64,000 nucleotides of DNA from Monocercomonoides exilis PA203 (taxonomy: Eukaryota; Protista; Preaxostyla). Both the position numbers and the translations under genes were made by a program. The stretch is taken from the NCBI GenBank assembly GCA_001643675.2, contig LSRY02000010.1, forward strand, positions 310,001-374,000, given 5' to 3'. Below are positions 24,001-36,509 of this stretch, piece by piece (within the stretch, counting starts at the first letter, position 1; the number at the start of each line of letters is the position of its first letter). Under the pieces are notes generated by a model. It searched no databases. It was not told the origin of the DNA and was given only the letters and a program-made list of their open reading frames with translations.

Positions 24001-27000
24001 ATTATGATGTTTCTTCCTTCTCTTCCTTCTTCCTCTTTCTCATCAACATTCATGATATCACCTTCTCCATCTCCATCACTCCCTTCTTCATAACCTCCGC
24101 CCCTCTCCTCTTCCTCATCCTTCTCCTCCTCTTCCCTCTTCCCTACTTCTTTCCCTCTCTCTTCCTCCCTTCTGCGCCTGTACCCTCCCTCGCTCTTCCT
24201 CCTCCCCCTCTCCCTCTGCCCCAGTGAAATCGATGACTTCGCCTTCCTCCCTCTGAACACAAACCCCGTCCCAATCTCCACCCCTTCGTTCCCTTCCTTC
24301 TCGCCACACTCGCTCCTCTCACACACTATATGCCTCTTCCTCCCAACCTCCGGCATCTTCCCTGTGGAGAACGACAAGCTGATCGGAGAGCCAACCACAA
24401 CAGAAGGCTGTTGAAGCATCAGAGTTGAGTCAACACGGTCGAGCATGGGCACAAGTGATGACATCGACAGCATCTCATCCAAGTCATCGTCACTGAAGTT
24501 CTCATAATACAACATTCCTCCTCCTTCTCCTTCATCATCTTCATCATCATCTTCTTCTTCTTCTTCTGTGTCATCATCTGAATCATCGTCTATGTCACTG
24601 GAATCGTCATACTCATCGTCATATTCATCATCATCATCATCCACACCCAATGAGAAATCACTGCTATCTGAACTCTCTCTTCTCTTCTCCTTCTCCTTCA
24701 TCCTCCTTCTCCTCATCCTCATCATCCTCATCTTTCTTCTTTTTCTCCTGCTCACAGTTGGTGGTTGTATAGGTATATCTCCTGGCTGAATAGCACCTGA
24801 AATGAATGAGAAGGAGACATCGATTGGCTCATAAGAAGAAGGGAATGAAGTGTAAGAGGGGAAAGAAGGCGAGTCTGGAGAAGAAATGACAGAAGAAGTG
24901 ACAACAATTGGAGGAGCAGCAGCTGGAGAGACGGAAGGAGAGGGCATTGTTAGAGAGGCATTGGATGAAGAAGAGGAAGAAGAAGAGGAAGAAGATTGTG
25001 TTGTGTTGAGAGAGGAAGAGGAAGAAGAGGAGGAGGAAGAAGATGAAGATGACGTGGAAGAAGCAAGAGAAGAAGAAGAGGAAGCTGTTGGCATCAGCGA
25101 CGAAGAGGAGAAAGAACCCAAATGAGACAGAGATTTGTTAGGAGAGGCATTCAAAGAGTGTATTTGAAGAGAATTTTCAGAAGAAACAGAAGAAATGGAA
25201 GAGGAGGATGAAGAGGAAGAGGTGGAAGAGGAAGAAATAGAAGAAGAAGAAGATGAGGAGGAGGAGGAAGATAAGGAGGAAGAGGAAGAGGAAGATGGTG
25301 AGGATGACAATGAAGATGAATTCAATACAGAAGCAGTAGAACAAGCAGGAGACGCTTCAGACAGAAGATTCTGTGATTGCTCAGCAGAATGAACACGATG
25401 AATGCTTTGAATGCTAATGTTTGCCATTGAAATATTGTTATTTTCATCATCATCTCCTTCTTCTCCTTCTTCCTTTTCTTCTTCTTCCTCCTCCTCCTCT
25501 TCCTCTTCTCTGTTTGGAGCAACTGATTGTGCCACGTCGAGAATCAATGGAGCACATCCAGACGGAATCTGATAGGCATTTTGAAGAGAAGAAGAAGAAG
25601 AAATAGGATTAGAACTAAAACGAGAACTTGAATAATCAGAAGAAGACGATAAAGAAGAAAACGATGATGATGAAGATGAAGAAGAAACTGAAGAAGAAGA
25701 AGATGATGATGATGATGAAGGCAATGAAGAAGACATCTTGTCAAAGAGAAAAGGAACAGAAGAAACCGTTCCAGTTGGCAGGCTGAGTGGGTCAGAAAGA
25801 AAAGAGGAAGAAGGCTGTGGCAGCTGAAAGGGAGACATTTGAGAAGAAGGAGAAGAAGCTGGGGGAAGAGAAGGAGCGTGGATGGAGATGGATGAAGTGG
25901 GGTGAAGTGGAGAGGAAGAGAAAGAGGAGGAAAAGGAAGAAGAAGAAGAAGAAGAAGAAGAAGAAGAAGAAGAAGAAGCTGGCGATGAAGATAAAGTTGA
26001 TGAAGTTGGCAAAGCAATGTTTTCTGCCATTTGAGAAGAAGATGAAAGAGTGTGATTGTTGATGTTTGTGTTATTATTCTCAAAATTGTTAACATTTTCT
26101 GTTTTGTCTCCGCTCAAACAAACATCCGAAGAAGGTTGTTCAGAAGCATCGATGGAAGCAGGCTGTGCAGAGGAGGAAGAGGAGGATGAGGAGGAAGATA
26201 TTGATGATGATGATGATGATGGGGATGAAGAAGAGGAAGAAGAGGAAGAAGAAGAAGATGAGGATGATGAGGATGATGATGAAACACTGTTTGAAAACTG
26301 AGTGGAAACAGAATTTGGAGATGTGGCTTGTGTTGGAGAAGGAAATGAGATAGAAGAAGAAGAAGTGGAAGAAGAAGAAGAAGAAGTTGGAGTTGATATG
26401 TTAAAGCTATTTTTTGTTTGTTCATCATTCATTTTTTGATTGAATGGAGATTGTGAGGATGGCATAGTCTTAAAAGAAGGAGGGGCAGAAGATGGAATGG
26501 AAGAAGAAGAAGAAGAAGAAGAATATGATGATGATGATGATATTGCTGGTCTGTGTGTTGGTGGAGGAGGAAGAGAAAAGGGAGGAGGAGGAAGAAGAGA
26601 AGAAGACGATGACAATGGCGAAGAAGAAGGTGGAATTTGTGATGGAAGAAGAGTAGGCAGAGGAGTTTGATAGGAAGATGGGAATTGAATGTGATGTGGG
26701 GGATATCCAAATGAAGGCATGGGCAATGAAGATGAAGATGAAGAAGAAAATGCTGTTGTTGATGAAGGTATTAGTGAATTTGTATTTCCCTGTTGCATAT
26801 GATTCAATGGCATGTGAACATTATCTGCATTTGGAGGATATCCATTCTGTGCCATATGTTGAGGTAGATAAGATGTTGTATTGTTTGGCAGAGAAGCAGT
26901 TTCAGTAGACGCAACATTGAACTGAGGGGCAGATGGAAGCTGCCTCTTCGAATGAGCATAAAAAGAAGATAAATCAGAAGATGTTGTCTGGTGTGAAGGA

Positions 27001-28432
27001 GATGTGTGAATTTGTGTGATATTTGTCTGTTGTGTGGAAGGAGGAAGAGAAGAAGGAAGAGAAGAAGCAGCAGAAGGAGGAGGAGGATAACCTGGATGCA
27101 TCTGCTGCTGCATGGGCAGAGGATAAGAGGAGTCTGGAAGAGGCAGAGGATAAGGCAAAGTGGTTGAATGTGCTGCTATTTCAGATGCAGCAGCAGCTGG
27201 ACTTGGTTTTGCTCTCCCGGAGAAATACCCCATTTCGGGGAAAAGATAGCTGGGCACAAACTTGCTAGTGCTTCCGTCTTCAGGATAGGCTCCTCTTCTT
27301 CCTTCATTCGCTCCCAATTCAATTCCACCTAGTTCAGAAGTGACTGCACCAACACGACTTCTCATCTGTTCTGCCATCCCACGCACAGCCCTGGCATCCT
27401 CTGCTCCTCCAGCGCCTGCAAACGGCAGCTCCCACTCGCTGCCCACCCCCTCAAACTCTCTTCTCTCTACCACATCTTCAGCCGCTCCAACACCAAAGCC
27501 AGGCAGCATCCCACCAGAAGCGCTGTTCTTCCCGCTGTGGAAGCGCTCTCTCGCCCGCCGCTCCTTCTCCTCGTTCTCCAGCATCCGCCGCCGCTTCATC
27601 TCTTCTGTCTCTGCATAGCGGATAGTTAGTGGCTGGTCAGTGGGCGTGATGCGATGATCCTGAAGTGCAATAAGCGCGGCATCTGCAGATGATTGAAGAG
27701 AAAATCTGTTCATTGAAAAATAATATTTGACAAAAAAATTATTATTATTATTTACAAAATATATAGATATATTGCTCCAAAGAAACATGCCTTACAAATC
27801 CGATTTGTTTTGTTGAATTAGCTTGTCTGTCAATCATCACCTTTACACCTTCGATTGTTCCAAATGGAGCAAATAACTTTTGAAGGTCCACTATTCGCAA
27901 ATTTAATGAAAATATGAAGTTTTAATTGACACTGGCAAATTTAGCAAACTTTCTGTGAAATATGACGGTAATGGCTTCACATATAGATTTGTATTTGCAA
28001 CAACTTCAGCAGTCTGTTTTGGTGCATTTGATTGCTTGACCAGAAGTATTTTATTTCCCAATCTATAATTATTCATCTGCCTCATTGCTTCTATGGCGTC
28101 ACTTTCGCGTGTATATTTGACAAAGCTGTGGCGTTTTTTAATAAAGAATTAATGAATGAATAAGAACAAGAATAATCCATTACAAACCCATATCCCAAAC
28201 TTTCCCCTGTTTTGTTATCCAACTGATTTAAAAAAGAACATAATATAGCATTTTGGTGGGTATTAGAAATATAATAGCAAACCATGACTTTGCAAGAGAC
28301 TATTTCTCCAAAAGGAGTAAACATCTGACGCAGTGAAGCGTCATCGACAAATGGAGGCAAATATTTCACAAAAAGATTTAAATGGTCAACGTCTTTTGTA
28401 GGATAAGGGTAATAATTTCGCTGATATGCCAT
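21075..28432 (-). CDS. Tandem-RRM RNA-binding protein (ELAV/Sxl/RBMS-like) with a ~2,200-aa low-complexity tail; 4 short introns
   Basis: NLFVKYLP..SLGYGFVKY (RRM1), NLYVKPLP..IGFVRF..PLTIRYAE (RRM2); introns reconstructed at 28223-28282, ~28126-28188, ~27892-27949 and 27706-27790. Confidence 0.82.
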
Positions 28433-28742
28433 GAAAACCTTTTTTATTGCTCCAAAAGCAATAAAAGCTTCTCACTTTTAAATAAATAATTACAGACAAA
28501 CTAACTTCAAAAAGAAAATAAAAAAGAAAGCTGAGTCACACATGCGATACAAAAAAAATAAATTACTGTCCAGAGGACAATAAAATCAAACTCAATTCCT
28601 AAGAGAAAAAAAAGTTATTTCATTTACGATCGTTGATAAACATCGCAGACTTATCAACTGTACGTTTTTTTGATTGTATGTTGAGTTCATTGATTTTTCA
28701 TTTCATTCAAAGAAGAAATGAGATTCTCCCTTAATTGACGAG

Positions 28743-30054
28743 ATGACAGAGGAACAGATAGAAAACGACCAAATTCTTTTATGTTCAAATGTTCGCTCAA
28801 AAGCTTTCACTCAATCGCTTGAAGGAAAATTAAAGCAGGCATTTCCAGAAACAACTCAACTGAAAATATTGCGGAAAGAGTTTCCTGGCGGTGAAAGATA
28901 TCTTCGCATCATGGTCAATGAACAAATTGCACTGTTCGGAAAAGATTGCATATTTGTTGCAACACTCATAACGGACGATGATTTTATGGAATTCTTTCGA
29001 ATTGCTTACACTCTTGCAAGCCTTGGAAGTCGTTCAAGAATATTTATTATTCCATACATGAGCTACTCGGTTATGAATGAAAATTTAGCAGAGGGAGACG
29101 TCTCACACACAAAAGCAAACGCACAGTTATTTTCTGCATTGTCAACATATGGACTTGGGAATTCTTTCTTATTTTTGGATCTTCATTCTCAAGGTTTTCT
29201 TCATTATCTTGAAGGAAATTCTCTCCATGTGGAACTGCAGTCTTTTAACCTTCTAGCCGAAGGAATAAGACAAGCTGGATATATCCAGGATAAAGTCGTT
29301 TTTGCCTCAGCTGATCTGGGAAGACCAAAGATTATTGACAAATTTGCAAAAACATTTAAGGCATCAATTGCATTCGTAAGAAAAGCAGCCCATACAGGAA
29401 ATGGAGAGCCAACGCCAATGGAAGTGATTGGAGATGTGAAAGGAATGAATGTTGTGATCTATGATGATATGATTCGTTCTGGAAAAACTATACTGAACGC
29501 AGCTGAACAACTGATAAAGGCTGGCGCCTTATCGGTTAAAGTTGTTGTTTCACATCTTTGCTCTCCTGATGACGTTCTGTTGAAAATAGTCCATTGCGTA
29601 TGTCTTTTGTTATCCATTTTGAATTTTTTTTTTATTTTTGATTTCGAAAATATTCTTTTTTTTTTTATGTATTTTGAATGAATTGTAAATAATCAAACTT
29701 ATTAAACAACAATTCTGTTTCCAGCCTTACATTTCTCATCTTGTGTGCACCAACAGCCATCCATCAACAAACTCTCCTGTCGTGCTGGAGAACAGTCCTT
29801 CATTCTTCACCATCGTCGATGTGAGCGATCTGTTTGTTGATGCCATCTATCGCATCTTCCGCCCCCAGTACATCCCCGCCCTCAGTCAGACACCTTCATT
29901 TTTCGCACAGCAGTTCCAGCCTTCCTCCCACCTATCATCACAGGGCCATTTCGTCGGCAGCTTCGGTCAGTTCGGCTCGACCAGCATGCCTCACATCCAT
30001 TTTCCAGTCAGCGAGCACGCCACACTCCCACTCGAAGGCGGCATCGCTGCACCT

Positions 30055-30087
<33 letters not shown>

Positions 30088-30330
30088 AAGACGCAGGCAG
30101 CAAGCGGAGAAGGAGAGCAGGAGATGCCGTCGCCTGAGCCAGAAAAGATCCCTTCAACTTTTTCGTGGAGAGGCACACCGTCTCCGCTGGATGGCATGCC
30201 TTCTCAGAAAGATAACACTGTCAATGCATCACCTTCCACAGTAGCCACACAGCCACCTGTGTCGCAAGAAGCTGGCGCGCCTTCTTCTGTTCCGAGCATT
30301 CTGCATGTCACTTCTGGTTCTTCTCAATAG
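28743..30330 (+). CDS. prs: Ribose-phosphate pyrophosphokinase (PRPP synthetase) family protein, intron 29598-29724
   Basis: FPGGERY, FLDLHSQG, SADLGR, GDVKGMNVVIYDDMIRSGKT, CTNSHP motifs; low-complexity C-terminal extension. Confidence 0.88.
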
Positions 30331-31783
30331 ATGCTGCGCAAAGCGAGCGAACGAGCAAGGAGCGTATAAAGGTGAATGGAGAAAGCATGAGTAGGTATTC
30401 TGTTACTTGAATCTCTGCTTTGGAATATTTAAATATTTATTTAGGCGCAAACAATGAAATAAATCATAGAGCCATTTTATTACAACTCTCTTTCACTTCG
30501 TTTGAAAGCATTTATTTTTTATATTTTCTTTTTATTCTAGTTTTAATTTTCTCTTGTTTTTCTTTCCTTCTTTTTAATATTTTCGTCTATCTCATTTCTG
30601 CCCCTCTTCTTCTGTGGTAAATATCCACAATATGTGTGCTGCTTCTGCTCTCGTTGAGAGCTCATTCTCAATTTTGAGATTGTTTTTGAACTAATTTCAA
30701 AAAAATGAAATTAAAAAAAATGGAAGGAAGTATTCTGTATGTAATTCTGTTTTGGACATAGAAAATAGATAAATGCGATGTGAACGATCTGATTAAACCA
30801 ACAGTAGAACAATCTGAATAAGGAATATGAAAAGGAAAATTACACATAATTCACAAATGAAATAAGTGTTTGTAAAAAAATCTTCAAAACAATTAGCAAA
30901 ATGTTGGGTTTGAAGGTAGATGACGCAAAAAAAGAAAAGACAAAACACAATGAAGCAGCATCACAAAGTGCCAACTGGATCGTGCTGATCTCAGAAAGTG
31001 CTGAACCAAACAAAGATGAAACAAGAAACAAGAATCAAATCAGAATGATTGAAACAATCGAACTGTAACAATAAAAAAATTGAATAGAAAGAAACGAAAA
31101 GAAAAGGAAAAAAGAAAAAAAGAAATATGTTCAACAACAATTTGACACTTGTTGCTTCAAGCCAACTTCACCTCATAAATCACAAATGGAATGAATGAAT
31201 GAATGAACTTATGAGTTATTCCTCCCTGTGGAACATGCCTTATTCCATCTTTCTCCTCCTTCCTTTTGAAATACTCTTTTTCCCTGTACAATTTTTCTGT
31301 GCATTTTTAACCGATTTCAACACATCACAAATGCACATACACTCCTGCTAATATGATTTCTCGCTTAGCAAAAGGAAATAAAATTAAAAAATTAACCAGA
31401 ACCAAAAAAGAACAATCCAACAAATGCTTGTGCGGCTGCCATTAAACAGAAAGAACAGAGCAAGCGATAAAAGTTCTGAATAAGAAAAAGATAAAAACAT
31501 ACAACAACAAACATATATGAATAGCATATAGGAAGCAAAATTCAAAAAAAATAAAAAAATAAAAAATAAAAAATATAAAATAAGAGAGAGAGAGAGAGAA
31601 AGTTTAAAAAAATGAAGATAAAGTCCGATTTCTAGTCGTGTCCGTTGGTTTCATTCGGCAAAGTAGCGAAAGAGAAATTGGCTGCATACAATGCATGCAT
31701 TTAACATAGTGTGATTGTTATATTATCCACCTCGTCTATTCCTTCGTAATGCTTCAAAAACTGATTCATCTATTTTCCTCTTC

Positions 31784-31814
<31 letters not shown>

Positions 31815-31906
31815 CTTCCCTCCCTCTCTTCCACTCTTCCACTCCCATTCCCGCTCCCCTATCTCCTCTCACACCCAAACATCCTCTACACCCAGATCCC
31901 ATCCTT

Positions 31907-33751
31907 CTAATTGATCTTCTTCAGCAGCTCCGCAATGGTGTTCCTCTGCTCCTCTGCCATCTTCTCGTGCTTCCTCAACTCTGTCAGTAGCTCGCTGTTC
32001 TGCTGGCACAGACGCGTGTTCAGCTCCACCAGCGCATCCATCTTCTGCAGCATCGCCGCTGCCTCTGCTGCCCCAAACGGAACTGAGCTGGCAGACAATG
32101 AAGAAAACGAAGACGATGAGGAGGAGGAGGAGGAGGCGCCGATGCGATCAACCACAATTTCACCTGGAAGCAGCTGGCTCCTCTTCTTCCTTACGAGCAC
32201 GCCCCGCATCTCCTTCGGCAGCGCTTTTAAGAAATTGCTGGGGCACATCCCTTTCGCCCCCAGCGCGTTCTGGCACACCCACCAGTCGCCTTTCTCCTTC
32301 ACCACACGCAGCTTCTCCTTCGCCTTCGCCGCCAGTAGCTTTTTGCTCCCCTCTGGCGGCACAAAGTCGTACAGCACGACGCAGTAGCTGTTTCTGTCTT
32401 CCTCCAGCACTTCCACAGTCACCTCGTCCTCTGCTCCTTTTGCTTCTTCTCTTTTTGCTTCTTCTCCTTTCACTTCGTCAGGTTTAGCTTGTTCTGCTTT
32501 TGCTGCTGCTCTAATCTCTGCCGTCTGCACTGCCTCCATTTGGATTTGCTTTGCTGTTTCTGCTTGTTTCTGCCTCTCTTCTTCTTTGCAGCGCTCTTCT
32601 TCGGCTTTTCTCTCCATTTCTTTCTTTGCTTTCTCTTCTTTCTCTTTCTCTTCTTTCTTTATTCTTTCTTTTTCCTCTTTCTCCTCTTTCTCTTTCTTTG
32701 CTTTCTCTTCTTTCTCTTTCTCTTCTTTCTTTATTCTTTCTTTTTCCTCTTTCTCCTCTTTCTCTTTCTTTGCTTTCTCTTCTTTCTCTTTCTCTTCTTT
32801 CTTTATTCTTTCTTTTTCCTCTTTCTCCTCTTTCTCTTTCTTTGCTTTCTCTTCTTTTTCTCTTTCTTCTCTTTCTCTTTCTTCTCTTTCTCTTTCTTCT
32901 CTTTCTCTTTCTTCTCTTTCTCTTTCTTCTCTTTCTTCTCTTTCTCTTTCCTCTTTTTCTTTTTCTTCTTTTTCTTCTTTTTCCTTTTGTTCTCTTTCTT
33001 TCTTTTCTCTTTCTTCTTTTTCTTCCTCTTCTTTCTTTCTCTTTTCTTCCTCCTCGTTATTCTGAAGTTCTTCATCTTCTTTGTCGCTTTTATCTTCTTC
33101 TTCTGATTCTGATTCTTTGTCTTTGTCTTTTTTCTCATTATCTTCTTCTTCCTCAGCTTTTGTGGCAGGTGATGGAGATGGCTGTGGTGCTGTTGAAGGA
33201 CTTGATACTTGTGAAATGAATCCAGCTCCTCCTGGTGCTTTTCGAAGATATGATCCTGGGCAAAGACCTTTGCGACCGCTTTCATCTTCGCATGTCCACC
33301 ATCCTCCTTGTTTCAAAATAACTTTCACTCGTTGTCCTTTTGTAAGAGGAAGAAATTTCTGATCGTTGCTTGGATTCTTATAACTCGCAACTGCATCACA
33401 AAATTCTGGTTCGCTTGTTCCTTGATTTGATATCGCCCTCAAATAAGATGTTGGAAGATATCCTTGAAAAAATAATATCATAAATCGATATAAATAAAAT
33501 GAGAGTCGTTGTCAACTAACGTCCGATAATATACCTTGTTTTCCTTCTTTGTTTATGCAAACAGCCCAACCTTTTGTCTGTTCTTTCATAAATTTTACGC
33601 GATCTCCCTTTGTCGCAGATAAAAATTTTGTTGGCTGTAAAATATCATGTTTTTTAATTTATTCAAAAAAATAACAACTAGGAAAATGCATGCAAACATC
33701 TTTTGATGCATAGTTCGCAATAACTTCGTGCGTTGGCTGGATAGTTGTCAT
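31907..33751 (-). CDS. Triple-SH3 adaptor with charged EK-rich linker and C-terminal coiled coil; 2 introns
   Basis: Three SH3 motifs (GWAVC..GYLPTSYL, GWWTC..GLCPGSYL, DWWVC..GMCPSNFL); ATG at 33751. Confidence 0.85.
32620..32855 (-). repeat. 72-bp coding tandem repeat (EKAKKEKEEKEEKERIKKEEKEKE x~3)
   Basis: Exact repeats visible in both DNA and protein. Confidence 0.85.
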
Positions 33752-33835
33752 GAATCTTATCGTACTATGGTATAATTAATCAGTCCCGTTTTTAAATTCG
33801 TTTGTAATCAATTGAACAAAATTTTTAAACTGAAC

Positions 33836-34746
33836 ATGGGATTTCTAAGCATAACGTCATTTAATATTGATGCATCTACTGTATCGTTCAAGGATATTTT
33901 GAAAACGAATCATAAATTAACATTATGGAGAATTTTTATCATATTTTGGATGCTTTTTTTCTTAGTTACTTGTGGAATATGTTTGTGTATTTATGTTGTA
34001 TCATAAAAAATAATGTAATGTCTATTATTAGGGCAAAATCTTGACATTAGATATCTTACAAAGCAGTCATATTTGATGACATTGTTGTATTTTATAGTGT
34101 GACGTTATTTTCTAATTTTTGAAGAAAATGTTTTTAACAATCCAAATTCTTTTATCGTTTATGGCTCAATAGCTCGTTATTCCATTGCGAATCGAAAAAA
34201 GGACCAAAACAAGCACAAATACAAAATCTTCAGAAAGTTCAAATTGTAATGATGTTCCATTTCGATCAAAACTTGCTTATATTTTCGCAATGATTGGAAT
34301 GAATTCTGCTATAACTGCTACTTTTGTATATTGGATACTATTGAGGAAATCTTTACCTTATCTTCCGCCTCTTTATTATTGGTGGTTCGGAATCAATCCT
34401 CATGGATTGAGTTTTGTTCTAATATTTATTGATGTAGTGTATTTCACGAACATTACGTTTTCATATTCTCATTGCATATATGCAATTATCTACTATGTAT
34501 TGTATACTTTGATGATGACATTCAACTTCTTTCTTACCAAAGAGTTTGTTTTGAAGTATTGTTTTTTTATATATAAATATAATTATTAATCCATTCTCCA
34601 GATGGTTGTATCCGGTTCTTGACATTTATTCAAAGACAGCCAAAATTATTTACCCATGCTTAGCAATCTCTGTAACTTTTATCCATTCATTACTTACCTT
34701 CTTTTGCAGGCTTAGAAGAAGGATTAATAAGTCCAAATCTGAATAA
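33836..34746 (+). CDS. FAR-17a/AIG1 (rolling stone-like) multi-pass membrane protein; spliced
   Basis: RYLT, TFVYW.LL, NPHG, LYP.LD motifs with hydrophobic helices; exon structure approximate. Confidence 0.65.
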
Positions 34747-35011
34747 TCTTTAAAACAACGTATGTATATTATGAAAGTATTTATTATAAGTTTTTTTAAT
34801 AATCCTTCTTTGTTTAAACAAGTTCCATTTTATCTTTTATGTGAATTTTTCTTTCTCAACATAAAAGTTTATTGTATATTTAATGTTGGTTAATTTGATC
34901 TATGATTTTTTTTTATTTTAATTCATGCATCTGCAAGTAAAAATCCTGCATTTTTGCTCGGGAATAATTCAATAAGTCGTTTAAAAAATAATTTTCCTGA
35001 AAAGAATTGTG

Positions 35012-35719
35012 ATGATTTCAGAGACGGATAGGCTTCATTTGGCGGAAGCAATTCCTTCTCCATGGCAAAATTCAATATTTCAGGTGAAAGAATCAACAAA
35101 ACAATCGCAATCAATACCAACAGAAATAAAATTTCCAAATCCTCCTGGAACAACAAGCGTAGAAGTTTGTGGAAATTGGGACGAATGGAGAACAAGAACA
35201 ATTCTTGAATTCTTTTCTTCAGAAAACATATGGCATTGCTTCATTTCTCTTCCTGTTGGAATATATCAATGTAAATTTTTAGTTAATGGAGTTTATTGGG
35301 TTGTGACAAATATGCTTCCAATGCTTACAGATGAAGGAGGCAACAATAACAATCAAATATTTGTTAAAGACATCAATGACAAAATCACTGAAATTGATGT
35401 AGCCGCAACGGGAATTGGAGATAAGCCGGAAACTGTATCTTCAGTCGAACCCCCTCCAATTTATAAAATGTACTTTAGTGAAGCCCACATGCGACATCGT
35501 GAGTTTACTCCTTCTCCATCTCCTGAACAATCATCAATGAATTTTGACCAATGCATAAGTGTCGATTCAAAAGAAATCCATTATGATCATTCCAGCGTTC
35601 CGATTGATGATCATGAAGGCGAGCAGATCCATTTGAACGAAATAACAGCGCAGCAAGCAAGAATCCAACAATCAACAAATAATAAGCAAGCTTGTACAGG
35701 AAAGTGCACTATCTTGTGA
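35012..35719 (+). CDS. CBM48 (AMPK-beta-type glycogen-binding domain) protein ending in a CaaX motif
   Basis: VEVCGNWDEW..LPVGIYQCKFLVNG..DEGGNNNN; C-terminus CTGKCTIL. Confidence 0.8.
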   Translation: MISETDRLHLAEAIPSPWQNSIFQVKESTKQSQSIPTEIKFPNPPGTTSVEVCGNWDEWRTRTILEFFSSENIWHCFISLPVGIYQCKFLVNGVYWVVTNMLPMLTDEGGNNNNQIFVKDINDKITEIDVAATGIGDKPETVSSVEPPPIYKMYFSEAHMRHREFTPSPSPEQSSMNFDQCISVDSKEIHYDHSSVPIDDHEGEQIHLNEITAQQARIQQSTNNKQACTGKCTIL

Positions 35720-35897
35720 AGTGATTTTCGGTATCTCGATGGTATTTCATTTTTAATATATTTTTACAAACATAAGAATAACTCGAACTGGACTCTGATA
35801 AAATCGATCTCTTTTTACTCATTTGCATTCGCTTTCTTAGATTTTTTATTGTTGTTGAAATGTTAAAGGTGAAATGATTGAAATTTTTGTGGAATAT

Positions 35898-36458
35898 TTA
35901 AATGTCAGTATCCTCTGAAGAAATAAGTTCAGGCTTAATATCATCAGTATCTTCGAAAGCTAAAAAGAATGGTATAACAATAACCATTGAAGAAAGAAAT
36001 AATACTTATTAAATAAATTTTTGAAAAAATAATACTTGGTCTCATATAACTCATTGCAGGTGTGGATAATTCCCCAACTGGCCTTGAAATATTAACATGG
36101 ATAACTTGCCCAAACAAAACACTTTCATTCATGTTAAAAATAGCTTCGGCTGCATCGTCAGCGCTTTCGAATTCCACAAAAGCATATCCTCTATGTTTTC
36201 CTATTTTAAAAATCAAAAATAAAATTAATGATAAATTTAATTTGTTTGAAAACGAGATTTTCAAGTATTTCAAGCCTGCGTCTTCATTTGGAAATGTTAT
36301 ATTTACCAATTCCCCAAAAGTCCCAAAAACTTAATCAAACAAATAATTTTTGTTCAATTAATGTTAAATTGAAAAGGCAATATTCAAAAACCATTATATA
36401 AAACAGATCTATCAACATTTTCATGTAATCCCCCAACGTAAAGGGTTCGTTTGTCCAT
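35898..36458 (-). CDS. Small RRM protein, Cyp33/PPIE RRM-like; spliced
   Basis: [42 protein letters not shown]; no cyclophilin domain follows. Confidence 0.75.
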
Positions 36459-36509
36459 AAATTTTTAATGAAAAATTTAATAAGAATGATATGGTTTTTG
36501 ATCGAAAAG

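Noticed and set aside
21296-27618. Many antisense and alternative-frame ORFs (also 4417-5757, 32489-33219, 52.5-59.4 kb)
   Set aside because: Shadow ORFs of low-complexity or biased coding sequence.
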